NCBI GenBank assembly: GCA_964643685.1
Contig: CAZXTN010000007.1
Coordinates: 1-35,205, forward strand
Source of the DNA: Candidatus Micrarchaeota archaeon
GTDB lineage: Archaea > B1Sed10-29 > JAJRYS01
Length of the DNA: 35,205 nt
Reading direction: 5' to 3'
A program made the translations under genes and the position numbers. Below are positions 17,465 to 28,164 of this stretch, piece by piece; the stretch's first letter is position 1, and each line of letters starts with the position of its first letter. The notes under the pieces were generated by a model. It was not told where the DNA came from and searched no databases. It saw only the letters and a program-made list of their open reading frames with translations.

Positions 17465-17535
17465 CAGAATAATTAAACACTCTTTCTAAAAAGAAAGAAC
17501 TAATTTTCACAAAAAAACTTAAAGGAAGTGGTTAA

Positions 17536-18084
17536 ATGGCTAAAAAAATAGACTTCACAATCCAAAACATCGTAGCATCAGCCAACCTAAACGTAGAATT
17601 AGATTTATACGGAATAGCAAGGGAAGTTGACAACGTAGAATACGAACCAGAACAATTCCCAGGAGCAATACTAAAACTAGACAAACCAAAAACATCACTA
17701 CTACTATTCAAAAACGGAAAAGTAATCTGCACAGGAGCAAAATCAGAAAAAGACGTAGCAAAAGCAATCAAAACAGCATACCAAAACATAAAACAAAACG
17801 TCAAATCAGGAAAAGCAAAAATGGAATACACAATCGTCAATATTGTCGCTTCAGCAGCACTAAACGTCGAACTTGATTTATACGGAATAGCAAGGGAAGT
17901 TGACAACGTAGAATACGAACCAGAACAATTCCCAGGAGCAATACTAAAACTAGACAAACCAAAAACAAGCTTGTTATTATTCAAGAATGGGAAGTTGATT
18001 TGTACTGGAGCAACAAACGAAAACGACGTAAAAAAAGCAATCAACAAAGCATACAATTTAATCAAACCAAATATTAGGAAATAA
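17536..18084 (+). CDS. tbp: TATA-box binding protein
   Basis: Two TBP repeats NIVASA..L..L...YEPEQFPG...PK...LF..GK.ICTGA. Confidence 0.97.
   Translation: MAKKIDFTIQNIVASANLNVELDLYGIAREVDNVEYEPEQFPGAILKLDKPKTSLLLFKNGKVICTGAKSEKDVAKAIKTAYQNIKQNVKSGKAKMEYTIVNIVASAALNVELDLYGIAREVDNVEYEPEQFPGAILKLDKPKTSLLLFKNGKLICTGATNENDVKKAINKAYNLIKPNIRK
17602..17967 (+). repeat. 93-bp perfect direct repeat inside tbp (17602-17694 = 17875-17967)
   Basis: GATTTATACGGAATAGCAAGGGAAGTTGAC...CTAGACAAACCAAAAACA present twice, 273 bp apart. Confidence 0.97.
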
Positions 18085-18248
18085 GACAAAAGGAGAAATA
18101 ACAACAAAAGAATACAAAGAAAGAAAAAAAATACTCAACACATAAACCCCCCCTCCTTTCTTTTTTTATTTTCTTTCAAAACAAAAACAAGCAAAAACAT
18201 AAACTTCAGAGCAAACTAAAATAAACCAATAAAATTAATAATTATAAC

Positions 18249-18602
18249 ATGAAAGTTTTGTCATTACGCCAACCATACGCAAGCTGGGTAATACAAGGGA
18301 AGAAAACAATTGAACTACGTTCCTGGAACACTAAATACAGAGGAGAACTATTTATTCACGCAAGCGGAAAACACTCTACACTTCCAACTGGAGCCATACT
18401 TGGAAGCGTGGAACTAATCGGCGTCAAGGAATACGCAGACGAAAAACAATTCCTAAAAGACAAAGACAAGCATCTTGCCGGAGATTCCTGGAATCTGCCG
18501 TTCGCAAAAAAACCATTCAAATACGGCTTTATTTTAAAAAACCCTAAACCCCTCAAAAAACCAATCAAAACAAAAGGCAAACTTGGAATATGGGAAAAAT
18601 GA
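18249..18602 (+). CDS. ASCH domain protein
   Basis: LSLRQPYA..I..GKKTIELRSW.T.YRG.L.IHAS, P.GAILG.V. Confidence 0.9.
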   Translation: MKVLSLRQPYASWVIQGKKTIELRSWNTKYRGELFIHASGKHSTLPTGAILGSVELIGVKEYADEKQFLKDKDKHLAGDSWNLPFAKKPFKYGFILKNPKPLKKPIKTKGKLGIWEK

Positions 18603-18695
18603 GCACATTCCAGAAAGTATTATCAACATCAAAACCCAAAACACTAAACATAACAAATTAAACAAAAGAAGTTAAAATATAAAAAACAAAAGGGA

Positions 18696-19535
18696 TTAGG
18701 TTTTTTTACCTTCTTTAATAACTAGATGTACCTTTTTAACATCTCTTTCTTTGTAATATCTTTTTGCCCAATAAGTTGCATTTTCATCAATCGAATACAT
18801 CACAAGAATAACATCAGAATTATACCTCTCAACATAATCTTGAGCTTGAAAAAAAGCAGCTTGAACTTTATCTCTATTATAAACAATTTTTAATTCAACA
18901 GGAATTCCATTAACAATCAAATCAGGAATTCTTCTCTTTAATTTAACCTGCTTCTCAACACTAAATTCACCAGTATTTAACAAGGCTTCATATAACTTAT
19001 CTTCAAAATCAGCTTCACAACAAACTTCACTAGGCTCATCCCAAGAAAATAAAAAATTCAAAACATCTTTTAACTTATCTCTTTTAAAACCAATTTTTTT
19101 AAGTAACTTTTTTTTCCAATCTAAATCAAAATGCTTATCATAAAAAAAACAAAATAAAAGAACAACTTCAACAACTACAACAAAAAGCAAAGAAGGAATA
19201 AACCCTTTTTCAGATTTATCTAAAGTAATTAAAAAAAGTAATAAAATAAGACTGAAAAAAATCAACGCACCTAAATTAACAATTTTAAAAAAACTATTAA
19301 TTTTTTCTTTTACTCTCCTAATTTTACTTGTTAAGTAATAAATTTTCCAAACAAAGAGAATTAAAACTGAGATTAAAAAAGAAAAAAAGTAAGTAAGTAC
19401 TTTAAAACGATCTAAACTCATCCCAGAAGAAGAAACAGAAGAATAAGGAATAAAATAAAAAAGAAGATAAGAAATTAACATAAGAAAAAAACCATAAAAG
19501 AAAAAACTCAAAAAAAACCTCTTTACCAAACCCAT
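18696..19535 (-). CDS. Membrane protein (about 4 TM) with a C-terminal PD-(D/E)xK nuclease-like domain
   Basis: Hydrophobic N-terminal half, then EADFEDKLYEAL...VEKQV...IPDLIVNGIPVELK...Q...Y. Confidence 0.7.
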   Translation of the reverse strand: MGLVKRFFLSFFFYGFFLMLISYLLFYFIPYSSVSSSGMSLDRFKVLTYFFSFLISVLILFVWKIYYLTSKIRRVKEKINSFFKIVNLGALIFFSLILLLFLITLDKSEKGFIPSLLFVVVVEVVLLFCFFYDKHFDLDWKKKLLKKIGFKRDKLKDVLNFLFSWDEPSEVCCEADFEDKLYEALLNTGEFSVEKQVKLKRRIPDLIVNGIPVELKIVYNRDKVQAAFFQAQDYVERYNSDVILVMYSIDENATYWAKRYYKERDVKKVHLVIKEGKKT

Positions 19536-19631
19536 ACAATAAAACAAAATACAAAACAAGTATAAAAAAGAAAGTATTAAATTAAATGCAAAAAGAAGCA
19601 TTAAAAAGTTGAACTTTTTTAACTTTTAATT

Positions 19632-20102
19632 ATGAAAATTGAAACTCCTCGCAACTGGCTTTGGATGAACCGCAAAGCAGAAGTTGTCCTAGTAATTCAA
19701 AATAAAGAAAACAAAATCTTATTAATGAACAAAAAATTCTACCCAGAAAAAGTATTCAGACTGCCAACAGGAGGAATAAACGAAAACGAAGAACCAGAAC
19801 AAGCAGCAATCAGAGAACTGAAAGAAGAAACAGGAATCACTGAAAAACCAGAATTAATTGAAACAATTGAATACACTGAAAACAATCAAACTTTCTTCAC
19901 ATCATACATCTTCCTCATAAAATCAAACCAAAAACCAGCATGCGAAGACGAAAACGAACAAATAACACAATTCAAATACGTCACGCCAAACGAACTAACA
20001 AAAACAATTGAAAAACTAAACAACCTAACAGGAAAATGGAACACCTGGGGAAAATTCAGAACAATCACACACAAACAAATAGGAAAAAAACTAGAAGGAT
20101 AA
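19632..20102 (+). CDS. NUDIX hydrolase
   Basis: Nudix box GGINENEEPEQAAIRELKEETGI. Confidence 0.92.
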   Translation: MKIETPRNWLWMNRKAEVVLVIQNKENKILLMNKKFYPEKVFRLPTGGINENEEPEQAAIRELKEETGITEKPELIETIEYTENNQTFFTSYIFLIKSNQKPACEDENEQITQFKYVTPNELTKTIEKLNNLTGKWNTWGKFRTITHKQIGKKLEG

Positions 20103-20128
20103 AAGAAAAAAAGGTAATAAGTGATTGA

Positions 20129-20299
20129 ATGGGCATCATTGAAGGACTAAAGGATTTAATTATAGGTATTGAAAAGGGCTTAGGAATAAAAATAGAAATA
20201 AACAACTACTTCTTTCTAATTTTACTTATAATAATACTCGCATTAACAATATGGTTTTTTTATAAAAAAAACAATGAAATAGAGATAATTCCAGCATAG
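20129..20299 (+). CDS. 56-aa single-pass membrane protein (below the ORF-track cutoff)
   Basis: MGIIEGLKDLIIGIEKGLGIKIEINNYFFLILLIIILALTIWFFYKKNNEIEIIPA; GTGA upstream; fills the intergenic gap. Confidence 0.55.
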   Translation: MGIIEGLKDLIIGIEKGLGIKIEINNYFFLILLIIILALTIWFFYKKNNEIEIIPA

Positions 20300-20307
20300 C
20301 TCATCTT

Positions 20308-20805
20308 TTAAAAAAAATTCAAGAATAAAATTCTAATGTTAATAGGAGGATGAGTTAAAAGAGAGCTTTTTGAAGAAGGAACTTTCAGTTTTATCTTTCT
20401 TAAAACATTAAGATAAACTTTTCCAACTTTTCTAAATGCGTAATAATCACAAAAAAACTCTTCAAACCAATTTAAAAGTAGAATAGTAAAGACCATAACA
20501 AAACCCCAAAAAATACGATGAGTAACTTGAAAAAAAAGACCAGAAAAAATGAGAACAGCAAATATGAAAATAAGAAGTTGTAAAAACTTTAAAAGATAAC
20601 TAAATTTATGCAAATGACCTAACTCGTGATAAATAACTCCTACTTTTTCGTTATAATCCAACTGAGACATAAAAAAGGGACCTACAAAAAGTTTCCTACT
20701 TCCCATATCTGAAGAAGCAACTTTCTCAGAAGGATTAATAAAATAAAATTGAATAGAACCATCCGGTAACTTCAATTGTTCTTTAACTAACTTTTTCTTC
20801 TCCAT
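20308..20805 (-). CDS. M48/HtpX-like membrane zinc metallopeptidase (minimal)
   Basis: GVIYHELGH, two TM helices, EEFFCDYYA, THPP..IR. Confidence 0.8.
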   Translation of the reverse strand: MEKKKLVKEQLKLPDGSIQFYFINPSEKVASSDMGSRKLFVGPFFMSQLDYNEKVGVIYHELGHLHKFSYLLKFLQLLIFIFAVLIFSGLFFQVTHRIFWGFVMVFTILLLNWFEEFFCDYYAFRKVGKVYLNVLRKIKLKVPSSKSSLLTHPPINIRILFLNFF

Positions 20806-20884
20806 ATCTTCTTATTTTCTATTTAGTTATTTAAAAGAATTGTTTAAACAAAGCTTTTATTAAAAAAAAGTTATAATCTTGTTG

Positions 20885-22402
20885 ATGAAAAAAGAAGAAA
20901 CGTTGAATTTAGAAGAAAGATTATGGAAAACTGCTGATAAACTAAGAAATAGTATGGATGCTGCGGAGTACAAAAACGTTGTGCTCGGACTAATTTTTTT
21001 AAAGTACATCTCAGATAAGTTTAAAATTTTACATGACAAACTTGAAAAAGAAGAAAATGCAGATCCAGAGGATCCTGATGAATACAAAGCAGAAAATGCT
21101 TTCTGGGTGCCAAAAAAAGCAAGATGGGAGTACATTCAATCAAAAGCAAAACTACCTGAAATTGGAAAAATAATAGATGAAGCAATGGATGAAATAGAAA
21201 CAAAAAATCTTTCACTAAGAGGGATATTACCAAAGGATTATAACAGGCCAACACTTGATAAAAGAAAACTCGGCGAATTAATTGATTTAATAAGTACAAT
21301 TGGATTTGCAGATGAAAAAGAAATAGACTTACTTGGAAGAGTATATGAGTACTTCTTAGGAAAATTTGCAGATGCAGAAGGAAAAAGAGGAGGACAGTTC
21401 TACACTCCAGAAAGTATAGTAAAACTCTTAGTATACATGATAAGACCATACAAAGGAAGAGTATATGATCCATGTGCCGGTTCAGGGGGAATGTTTGTAC
21501 AATCAGAAAAGTTCATAAAAGCACACCAAGGAAAAATAAAAGAGATAAGCATTTACGGACAAGAAAGCAACCCAACAACCTGGAAACTCTGTAAAATGAA
21601 CTTAGCAATAAGAGGATTAGACAACTCACAAATAAAACTAGGAGACTCATTTCATGATGACCAACACAAAGACTTAAAAGCAGATTACATCCTAGCAAAC
21701 CCTCCTTTTAATGTTTCAGATTGGGGAGCAGAACACTTACAAAATGATGTGCGATGGAAATATGGAATTCCACCAAAAGGAAACGCTAACTTTGCATGGG
21801 TACAACACTTCATCCACCACTTATCACCAAAAGGAGTAGCTGGCTTTGTACTAGCAAACGGTTCAATGAGTTCAAACACTTCAAATGAAGGAGAAATTAG
21901 AAAAAAAATAATACAAGCAGATTTAATTGACTGTATTGTAGCTTTACCTTCTCAACTATTTTATAATACAATGATTCCAGCTTGTCTCTGGTTCATACGA
22001 AGAAGCAAAAACAAAAGGAAAGGAGAAATTTTGTTTATTGACGCTCGTAACATGGGACACATGATTAATCGTCGTAACAGAGAACTAAGCAAAGAGGATA
22101 TTTTAAAAATTTCTGACACTTATCATGCTTGGAGAGGGGAAGAAACAGAACAAAAAGACTTCGGAGAATACAAGGATATTCTTGGTTTTTGTAAAAGTGC
22201 AACACTTGAAGAAGTTGAAAAACAAGGCTTTGTCTTAACCCCTGGAAGATACGTTGGAATTCCAGAGGAAGAGGAAGACGAAAAAGAATTTGAAGAAAAA
22301 ATGAAAAAACTAACCTCACAGTTAGCTGAACAAATAAAAGAAGCACAAAAACTAGACCAAGAAATAAAGAAAAACCTAAAGGCGATTGGATTTGACTTAT
22401 AA
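20885..22402 (+). CDS. hsdM: Type I restriction-modification methyltransferase subunit M (m6A)
   Basis: [36 protein letters not shown]. Confidence 0.97.
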   Translation: MKKEETLNLEERLWKTADKLRNSMDAAEYKNVVLGLIFLKYISDKFKILHDKLEKEENADPEDPDEYKAENAFWVPKKARWEYIQSKAKLPEIGKIIDEAMDEIETKNLSLRGILPKDYNRPTLDKRKLGELIDLISTIGFADEKEIDLLGRVYEYFLGKFADAEGKRGGQFYTPESIVKLLVYMIRPYKGRVYDPCAGSGGMFVQSEKFIKAHQGKIKEISIYGQESNPTTWKLCKMNLAIRGLDNSQIKLGDSFHDDQHKDLKADYILANPPFNVSDWGAEHLQNDVRWKYGIPPKGNANFAWVQHFIHHLSPKGVAGFVLANGSMSSNTSNEGEIRKKIIQADLIDCIVALPSQLFYNTMIPACLWFIRRSKNKRKGEILFIDARNMGHMINRRNRELSKEDILKISDTYHAWRGEETEQKDFGEYKDILGFCKSATLEEVEKQGFVLTPGRYVGIPEEEEDEKEFEEKMKKLTSQLAEQIKEAQKLDQEIKKNLKAIGFDL

Positions 22403-23195
22403 CATACAAGAAAATTTGAAAGGAAAAAAGCTTATAAGAGAGCATAATTTTAAACTAGTTTATGTTGGACCAAGTTTTGAGTCAGGAATTAAAATAAATT
22501 TTTTAGTTGAAAATCTAAAGGCTATTCATGAATTAGTTCATACAATAAATGAAATAGATTCAAAAGCTAAAAAAAATAAGATTAAAGAAATAAGAGTAAT
22601 ACCAAAAAAAGGAAGCATTGAAGAAGAAATAGTGATAATATTTTCTAATCCTGAAGTTAGATCAATGATAGTCAACATTATCATAGCTCTATTTTTTTAT
22701 TTAATAGGTAGAAGAGATAATGCTAAGAACAGAAAAGAGATTAAAGAGATGAATGAAAAATTAAATGAACTTATCTCATTAAATCAACTTAAAAACATTA
22801 AAGAGTTAACAAATCCCTTAGAACAAAAAAAAGATTCCCTAAAGATTATTGAAAATAACTCTACAAAACTTGAAGTAAACTATCAAAATAAAAAATTAAT
22901 AAATAAATCAATAAAAGAAATAGAAAAAGAGATCAAGAAAGAAGAAACTGAAGTTGAATTAGAAGGATATATCTCAGCTATGGATCTAGATACAAAAAGA
23001 TTAAAGTTCCATCCAAAAAATGATAAGAAAGCATATCCATTATCCTTCACACAACCACTTAAATTAATAATCCCTCTTCTTGGAAAAGAGATAAAAGCAA
23101 AGTTACGTGTAACAAAAATTAGAAGTAGGATAATAAAATTACACTTATTAGATTATAAATTATTACAAAGGGGACTAAATGAGTTTACAGAATAA
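22386..23195 (+). CDS. Hypothetical protein inserted between hsdM and hsdS
   Basis: 269-aa ORF overlapping both neighbours; central hydrophobic helix; start uncertain (TTG). Confidence 0.7.
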   Translation: MDLTYNIQENLKGKKLIREHNFKLVYVGPSFESGIKINFLVENLKAIHELVHTINEIDSKAKKNKIKEIRVIPKKGSIEEEIVIIFSNPEVRSMIVNIIIALFFYLIGRRDNAKNRKEIKEMNEKLNELISLNQLKNIKELTNPLEQKKDSLKIIENNSTKLEVNYQNKKLINKSIKEIEKEIKKEETEVELEGYISAMDLDTKRLKFHPKNDKKAYPLSFTQPLKLIIPLLGKEIKAKLRVTKIRSRIIKLHLLDYKLLQRGLNEFTE

Positions 23196-24423
23196 AACTA
23201 AATTTAAAAAAACTGAAATAGGATTAATTCCAGAAGATTGGGAAGTTAAAGGATTAAACAGTTTGGGAAAAGTAAGCACGGGCAAGGGAACAAAAAAATT
23301 ACTTCTCGGTAAATATAAAATAATCGGGTCTAATGGGGTTTTAGGGTATACTAACAACTATTTGGAAAATGATAACTTAATTTTTACAGGAAGAGTCGGC
23401 ACAATTGGTTCGGTAAATTTTCTTAAAAAAGAAAGAGTTTGGTTATCAGATAACACTTTATACTTTAAGACAGAAGATTTAGGATTGTTAAAATTTATTT
23501 ATTACTCATTGAAAAGAATTGACTTTTCTTATTTAAATGTAGGTAGCACTCAACCATTAATTAAACAGTCAGATTTTAGAAGATTAAAAATAGGTATTCC
23601 AACTCACAAAACAGAAATAAATGCTATTGTTAAGATTCTTTCTGATTTGGATGCTAAGATTGAGTTGTTGCAGAAGCAGAATGAAACCTTAGAAAAAATT
23701 GGTCAGGCGTTGTTTAAGCGTTGGTTTGTTGATTTTGAATTTCTTAATGAAGAAGGCAAGCCTTACAAATCTTCAGGCGGAAAAATGGTTTATAACAAAG
23801 AATTAGGAAAAGAGATTCCGAAAGGATGGGAAGTTTCAGAAGTAGGTAAAGAATTAAAAACTATTTTAGGTGGAACTCCTAGTAAAACAAGAAAAGAATA
23901 TTGGATTAATGGAACAATTCCTTGGATTAATTCAGGTGCATTAAATGCTTTTCCGGTTATGAATGCTTCACAATACATTACAAAAGAAGGGTTAAAAAAT
24001 TCTGCTGCAAAGCTTATGCCAAGAGGAACTATTGTTTTACCTTTTGTAATCTCTATTGGAAAAAAAGTGAATATTAGTATATTAGGTATAGACTCATCAG
24101 GAAATCAATCTGTTTTAGGGATATTAGAAAATAAGTTATTTTCATCAGCTTTTATTTACTATTGGATACAACATAAAAAACAGAAATTATACTTATCTGC
24201 AACAGGAGGAGCACAACAACACATTAACAAAAAAGAAGTTGATTCATTAGAATTATTAATTCCTTCAAAACAAGTTTTAATTGAATTTAATAATATCTCA
24301 ATGAAATTAATAAAAAAAATAATTTCAAATGCTGAACAAATTCAATCTCTTGAACAAATTCGTGATTCACTACTTCCAAAATTAATGACAGGAAAAATAA
24401 GGGTAAATTATGAAAAAGATTAA
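23179..24423 (+). CDS. hsdS: Type I restriction-modification specificity subunit S
   Basis: FKKTEIGLIPEDW / EIPKGW repeats, two TRDs, LDAKIELL conserved helix, RDSLLPKLMTGKIRV. Confidence 0.95.
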   Translation: MSLQNKTKFKKTEIGLIPEDWEVKGLNSLGKVSTGKGTKKLLLGKYKIIGSNGVLGYTNNYLENDNLIFTGRVGTIGSVNFLKKERVWLSDNTLYFKTEDLGLLKFIYYSLKRIDFSYLNVGSTQPLIKQSDFRRLKIGIPTHKTEINAIVKILSDLDAKIELLQKQNETLEKIGQALFKRWFVDFEFLNEEGKPYKSSGGKMVYNKELGKEIPKGWEVSEVGKELKTILGGTPSKTRKEYWINGTIPWINSGALNAFPVMNASQYITKEGLKNSAAKLMPRGTIVLPFVISIGKKVNISILGIDSSGNQSVLGILENKLFSSAFIYYWIQHKKQKLYLSATGGAQQHINKKEVDSLELLIPSKQVLIEFNNISMKLIKKIISNAEQIQSLEQIRDSLLPKLMTGKIRVNYEKD

Positions 24424-25054
24424 AGAGTTGATTTATGAAAAAGAGAGTTTTGGGGAGTTAAAACTACTTCTTATTCAATTGGAGAAATTTATAAAAGAGG
24501 ATAATTATAACGCTTCAATTGAAACTTCAAAGGCAGTTATTGAGTCCATTTGTAAAACAATATTAAAACAACTTAATATAAATATTCAAAAAAATATAAA
24601 GTTTCCAAAATTAGTTAAAATCGTTTTAAATAACTCCCCTTTTTTAAAAGAACTTGAAAAAGAGGATAAAGAGAGCACAAAAAAAATAATCGGTTCTATT
24701 TTAACACTTTCAAACTCAATCGCAAATCTAAGAAATAATTACAATTTTATTTCTCATGGACAAGGACCATCATTTAAATTATCAAATAAAAGAATAAGTG
24801 AATTATGCCTTCAATCAACTGAATTAATTGGCTCTTTTTTATTAGATATTCATTTAAACTATACCCCACCCTCTTATTATAATGAAGTTAGATATGAAGA
24901 TCATGAAGATTTTAACAGATGGTTTGATGAACAAAATAGCAATTTAAAAATTGGAAAATATGAGTTTTTACCTAGTAAGGTTTTATATACAGATATCGAA
25001 TTTTATAAACAAGAGTTACAATCTTTTAAAGAAAAGGGAGATTTTGTAATATGA
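24410..25054 (+). CDS. Abortive-infection (Abi_C, HEPN-related) family protein
   Basis: [13 protein letters not shown] and [14 protein letters not shown] motifs; embedded in the hsd operon. Confidence 0.75.
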   Translation: MKKIKELIYEKESFGELKLLLIQLEKFIKEDNYNASIETSKAVIESICKTILKQLNINIQKNIKFPKLVKIVLNNSPFLKELEKEDKESTKKIIGSILTLSNSIANLRNNYNFISHGQGPSFKLSNKRISELCLQSTELIGSFLLDIHLNYTPPSYYNEVRYEDHEDFNRWFDEQNSNLKIGKYEFLPSKVLYTDIEFYKQELQSFKEKGDFVI

Positions 25055-28000
25055 CTAGTTTTGTAGTTGAGCAGGATATTGAAGATGCTGTTTTGGATAT
25101 TTTTCAAAGTGATTTGGGTTATTCTTATTATTTTGGTCCTGATATTTCACCTGATTCTGAAAATGCTTTAAGAAAAAGTTGGAGCGAGGTTATTTTAGAA
25201 TGGGAATTAAAAGAAGCAATTGAAAAGCTAAACCCTCAGTTAACAAGTGAAGTAATAGAAGAGGTAATTAAAAAAGTAAAAAGAATACCTTCACAAAATT
25301 TAATTGAAAACAATAAACACTTTCACAAGTTATTAGTAGAAGGAGTACCAATTTCTTATAGAAACAATGAAGGAAGAGTAGTTCATGATACTGCTAAATT
25401 GATAAGTGAGGATGTTGAAAAAAATAAGTTTACTGTAATTAATCAGTTTACCATTATTGAAAATGAAAAAAATAGGAGACCAGATTTAATTGTTTTTTTA
25501 AATGGTTTGCCAATAGCTGTTATTGAATTAAAAAACCCAATTAAAGAAAAAGCAAGTTTAACATCTGCTTATAAACAATTAGAAGTGTATAAAGAAGAGA
25601 TTTCAAGCTTGTTTAATTATAATGAGTTTTTAGTTATTTCAGATGGAACAAGTGCTAGGATTGGCACTATTACTTCTTCAAAAGAATGGTTTTTACCATG
25701 GAAGAGTTCAGAGGGTAAGACAATTGCTTCAAAAAAATTACCTCAACTTCCAGTGTTACTAGAAGGGGTTTTTAAGAAGAGCACTTTAATTGACTTGATT
25801 AAGTATTTTGTTGCTTTCAGTACTTCAGATAAAAAGGTTAGAAAGATTTTAGCTGGTTATCATCAGTATTATGCTACTAATAAAGCTATTAAGAGAACAA
25901 TTGAAGCTATTGGTAAGAGTAAAAAAGCAGGGGTTATTTGGCATACGCAGGGTTCTGGTAAATCTTTTACTCTTGCTTTTTATACTGGTAAATTACAACA
26001 AGAAGAAAAGTTAAAAAACCCGACTGTTGTTGTTTTAACTGATAGGAATGATTTAGATGACCAGTTATTTAATACTTTTTCTTCAATTGATTGTTTAAGA
26101 GAACCACCTGTACAAGCTAATTCAAAAGAGGAGCTAAAACAATTGCTTAAAAATCGCCCTTCTGGGGGGATTATTTTTGCGACTATTCAGAAGTTTGGAA
26201 CTGATGAAGGAAGTTTTGAGTTACTTTCTGATAGGAGTAATATTATTGTTGCTGCGGATGAAGCGCATAGGAGCCATTATGGTTTTAAAGCAAAAGTGGA
26301 TCAGAAAACAGGGGAGGTTAAGTATGGTTTTGCTAAGTACTTGAGGGATGCTTTACCTAATGCTACTTTTATTGGTTTTACTGGTACCCCAATTGATTTA
26401 AGTGATAGATCAACTCGTCTTATTTTTGGTGATTATATTGATGTTTATGATATTGAACAGTCAATTGAAGATGGTAGGACTGTTAAGATTTTTTATGAGT
26501 CAAGGCTTGCTAAGATTGGTTTAAATGAGAAGGAAATGGAGAAGTTAGATGAAGAACTTGAAGAAGTAACTGAAACAGAAGAGGAGGAAACAAAAGAAGA
26601 ATTGAAGTCGAAGTGGTCAAAGCTTGAGAAAATTGTTGGTTCTGATGAAAGATTAGAATTAATTGCTAAGGATTTAGTTAAGCATTTTGAAGAGAGACAA
26701 GAGGCAATGAATGGAAAAGCGATGTTTGTTGGGATGTCAAGAAGAATTTGTATTGAATTATATGAAAAGATTAAGAAGTTGAGACCTGAGTGGGTTAATG
26801 AAGAAGATGATTCAAAAGGTTTAATGAAGGTTGTTATTACTGGTTCTGCTGCTGATGGTAAAGAATGGCAGAAGCACATTAGAGATAAGAGAAGAAGGAG
26901 AGAATTAGGTGAACTTTTTAAGGATCCTTCTTCTGAGTTTAAGTTAGCTATTGTTAGGGATATGTGGCTTACTGGTTTTGATGTTCCTTCTTTGAATACT
27001 CTTTATGTTGATAAGCCTATGAAGGGACATGGTTTAATGCAGGCAATTGCTAGAGTTAATAGAGTTTATAAAGATAAACAAGGTGGTTTGATTGTTGATT
27101 ATATTGGAATTGCACCTGATTTGAAAACTGCTTTAGCAATTTACAGTAAAAGTAATGGTAGAGGCAGGTTAGTTGTTAATCAGGAAGAGGCTATTTCTGT
27201 TTTACTTGAAAAGTATGAAGTTGTAAGTCAAATGTTCCATGGTTTTAATTATAAAAAGTTCTTTGAAGGTTCTCCTAGAGAAAAAATGGAGATTATTCCT
27301 GAAGCTATAGATTTTATTTTGAGTAAAAAAGAGGGTAAGAAGAGGTTTATTAGGGAAGTTACTGCTTTGACTCGTGCTTATTCACTAGCAGTTCCTAGTA
27401 AAGAAGCTAGTGAAATAAGGGAGGATATTGGTTTTTTCCAAGCTATAAAAACAGCTATTATTAAAACAACTGAGGTTGAAAAGGAGGGAAAATCAGTTGA
27501 AGAAATGGATACTATTATGAAGCAACTTGTTTCAAAAGCAATAACAGGTGTTGGAGTTATTGATGTTTTTAAGTTTGCTGGGCTTGAAAAACCAGATCTT
27601 TCAATTCTTTCAGATGAATTTTTAGAAGAAGTTCAAAATGTAAAATACAAAAACTTAACTTTTGAAACACTCAGAAAGTTACTGAATGATGAAATTAAAG
27701 TGAGATTTAGAAAGAATAAAGTGAAGAGAGATAAGTTTTCTGAATTAATTAAAAAAGCTGTTTTGAAATATGAAAATAGAAATATTGATTCAGCAATGGT
27801 GATAAAAGAACTTGTTGAAATAGCTCATAAAATAAAAGAAGAAAAGAGCAAAGGAGAAGAGTTAGGTTTATCAGAAGAAGAGGAAGCATTTTATGATGCT
27901 CTTGCTAACAATGAATCAGCAAAAGAAATTTTAGGAGAGAGTATTTTGATTATGCTTGCTAGGGAAATTTCAAAAACAATAAGAGAAAATGCAACAATTG

Positions 28001-28164
28001 ATTGGACTTTACGAGAAAATGTACAAGCAAAACTAAGGGTGATGGTAAAAAGACTCTTAAAAAAATATGGCTACCCCCCAGACAAAAGAAAAATGGCGGT
28101 GGAGCTTGTTTTAAAACAAGCAGAAGAACAAGCAAAAGAAGAATCAGTTAGTAAAATGAACTAA
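25051..28164 (+). CDS. hsdR: Type I restriction endonuclease subunit R
   Basis: [56 protein letters not shown]. Confidence 0.97.
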   Translation: MTSFVVEQDIEDAVLDIFQSDLGYSYYFGPDISPDSENALRKSWSEVILEWELKEAIEKLNPQLTSEVIEEVIKKVKRIPSQNLIENNKHFHKLLVEGVPISYRNNEGRVVHDTAKLISEDVEKNKFTVINQFTIIENEKNRRPDLIVFLNGLPIAVIELKNPIKEKASLTSAYKQLEVYKEEISSLFNYNEFLVISDGTSARIGTITSSKEWFLPWKSSEGKTIASKKLPQLPVLLEGVFKKSTLIDLIKYFVAFSTSDKKVRKILAGYHQYYATNKAIKRTIEAIGKSKKAGVIWHTQGSGKSFTLAFYTGKLQQEEKLKNPTVVVLTDRNDLDDQLFNTFSSIDCLREPPVQANSKEELKQLLKNRPSGGIIFATIQKFGTDEGSFELLSDRSNIIVAADEAHRSHYGFKAKVDQKTGEVKYGFAKYLRDALPNATFIGFTGTPIDLSDRSTRLIFGDYIDVYDIEQSIEDGRTVKIFYESRLAKIGLNEKEMEKLDEELEEVTETEEEETKEELKSKWSKLEKIVGSDERLELIAKDLVKHFEERQEAMNGKAMFVGMSRRICIELYEKIKKLRPEWVNEEDDSKGLMKVVITGSAADGKEWQKHIRDKRRRRELGELFKDPSSEFKLAIVRDMWLTGFDVPSLNTLYVDKPMKGHGLMQAIARVNRVYKDKQGGLIVDYIGIAPDLKTALAIYSKSNGRGRLVVNQEEAISVLLEKYEVVSQMFHGFNYKKFFEGSPREKMEIIPEAIDFILSKKEGKKRFIREVTALTRAYSLAVPSKEASEIREDIGFFQAIKTAIIKTTEVEKEGKSVEEMDTIMKQLVSKAITGVGVIDVFKFAGLEKPDLSILSDEFLEEVQNVKYKNLTFETLRKLLNDEIKVRFRKNKVKRDKFSELIKKAVLKYENRNIDSAMVIKELVEIAHKIKEEKSKGEELGLSEEEEAFYDALANNESAKEILGESILIMLAREISKTIRENATIDWTLRENVQAKLRVMVKRLLKKYGYPPDKRKMAVELVLKQAEEQAKEESVSKMN

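Noticed and set aside
17602-17967. TBP internal repeat as a DGR template/variable pair or CRISPR-like repeat
   Set aside because: Only two copies, in frame within a known duplicated fold; differences are synonymous and not adenine-specific; no reverse transcriptase in the window
23179-24423. Phase-variable hsdS (invertible TRDs or simple repeats)
   Set aside because: Single hsdS, no silent TRD copies, no recombinase and no obvious tandem repeat in the window
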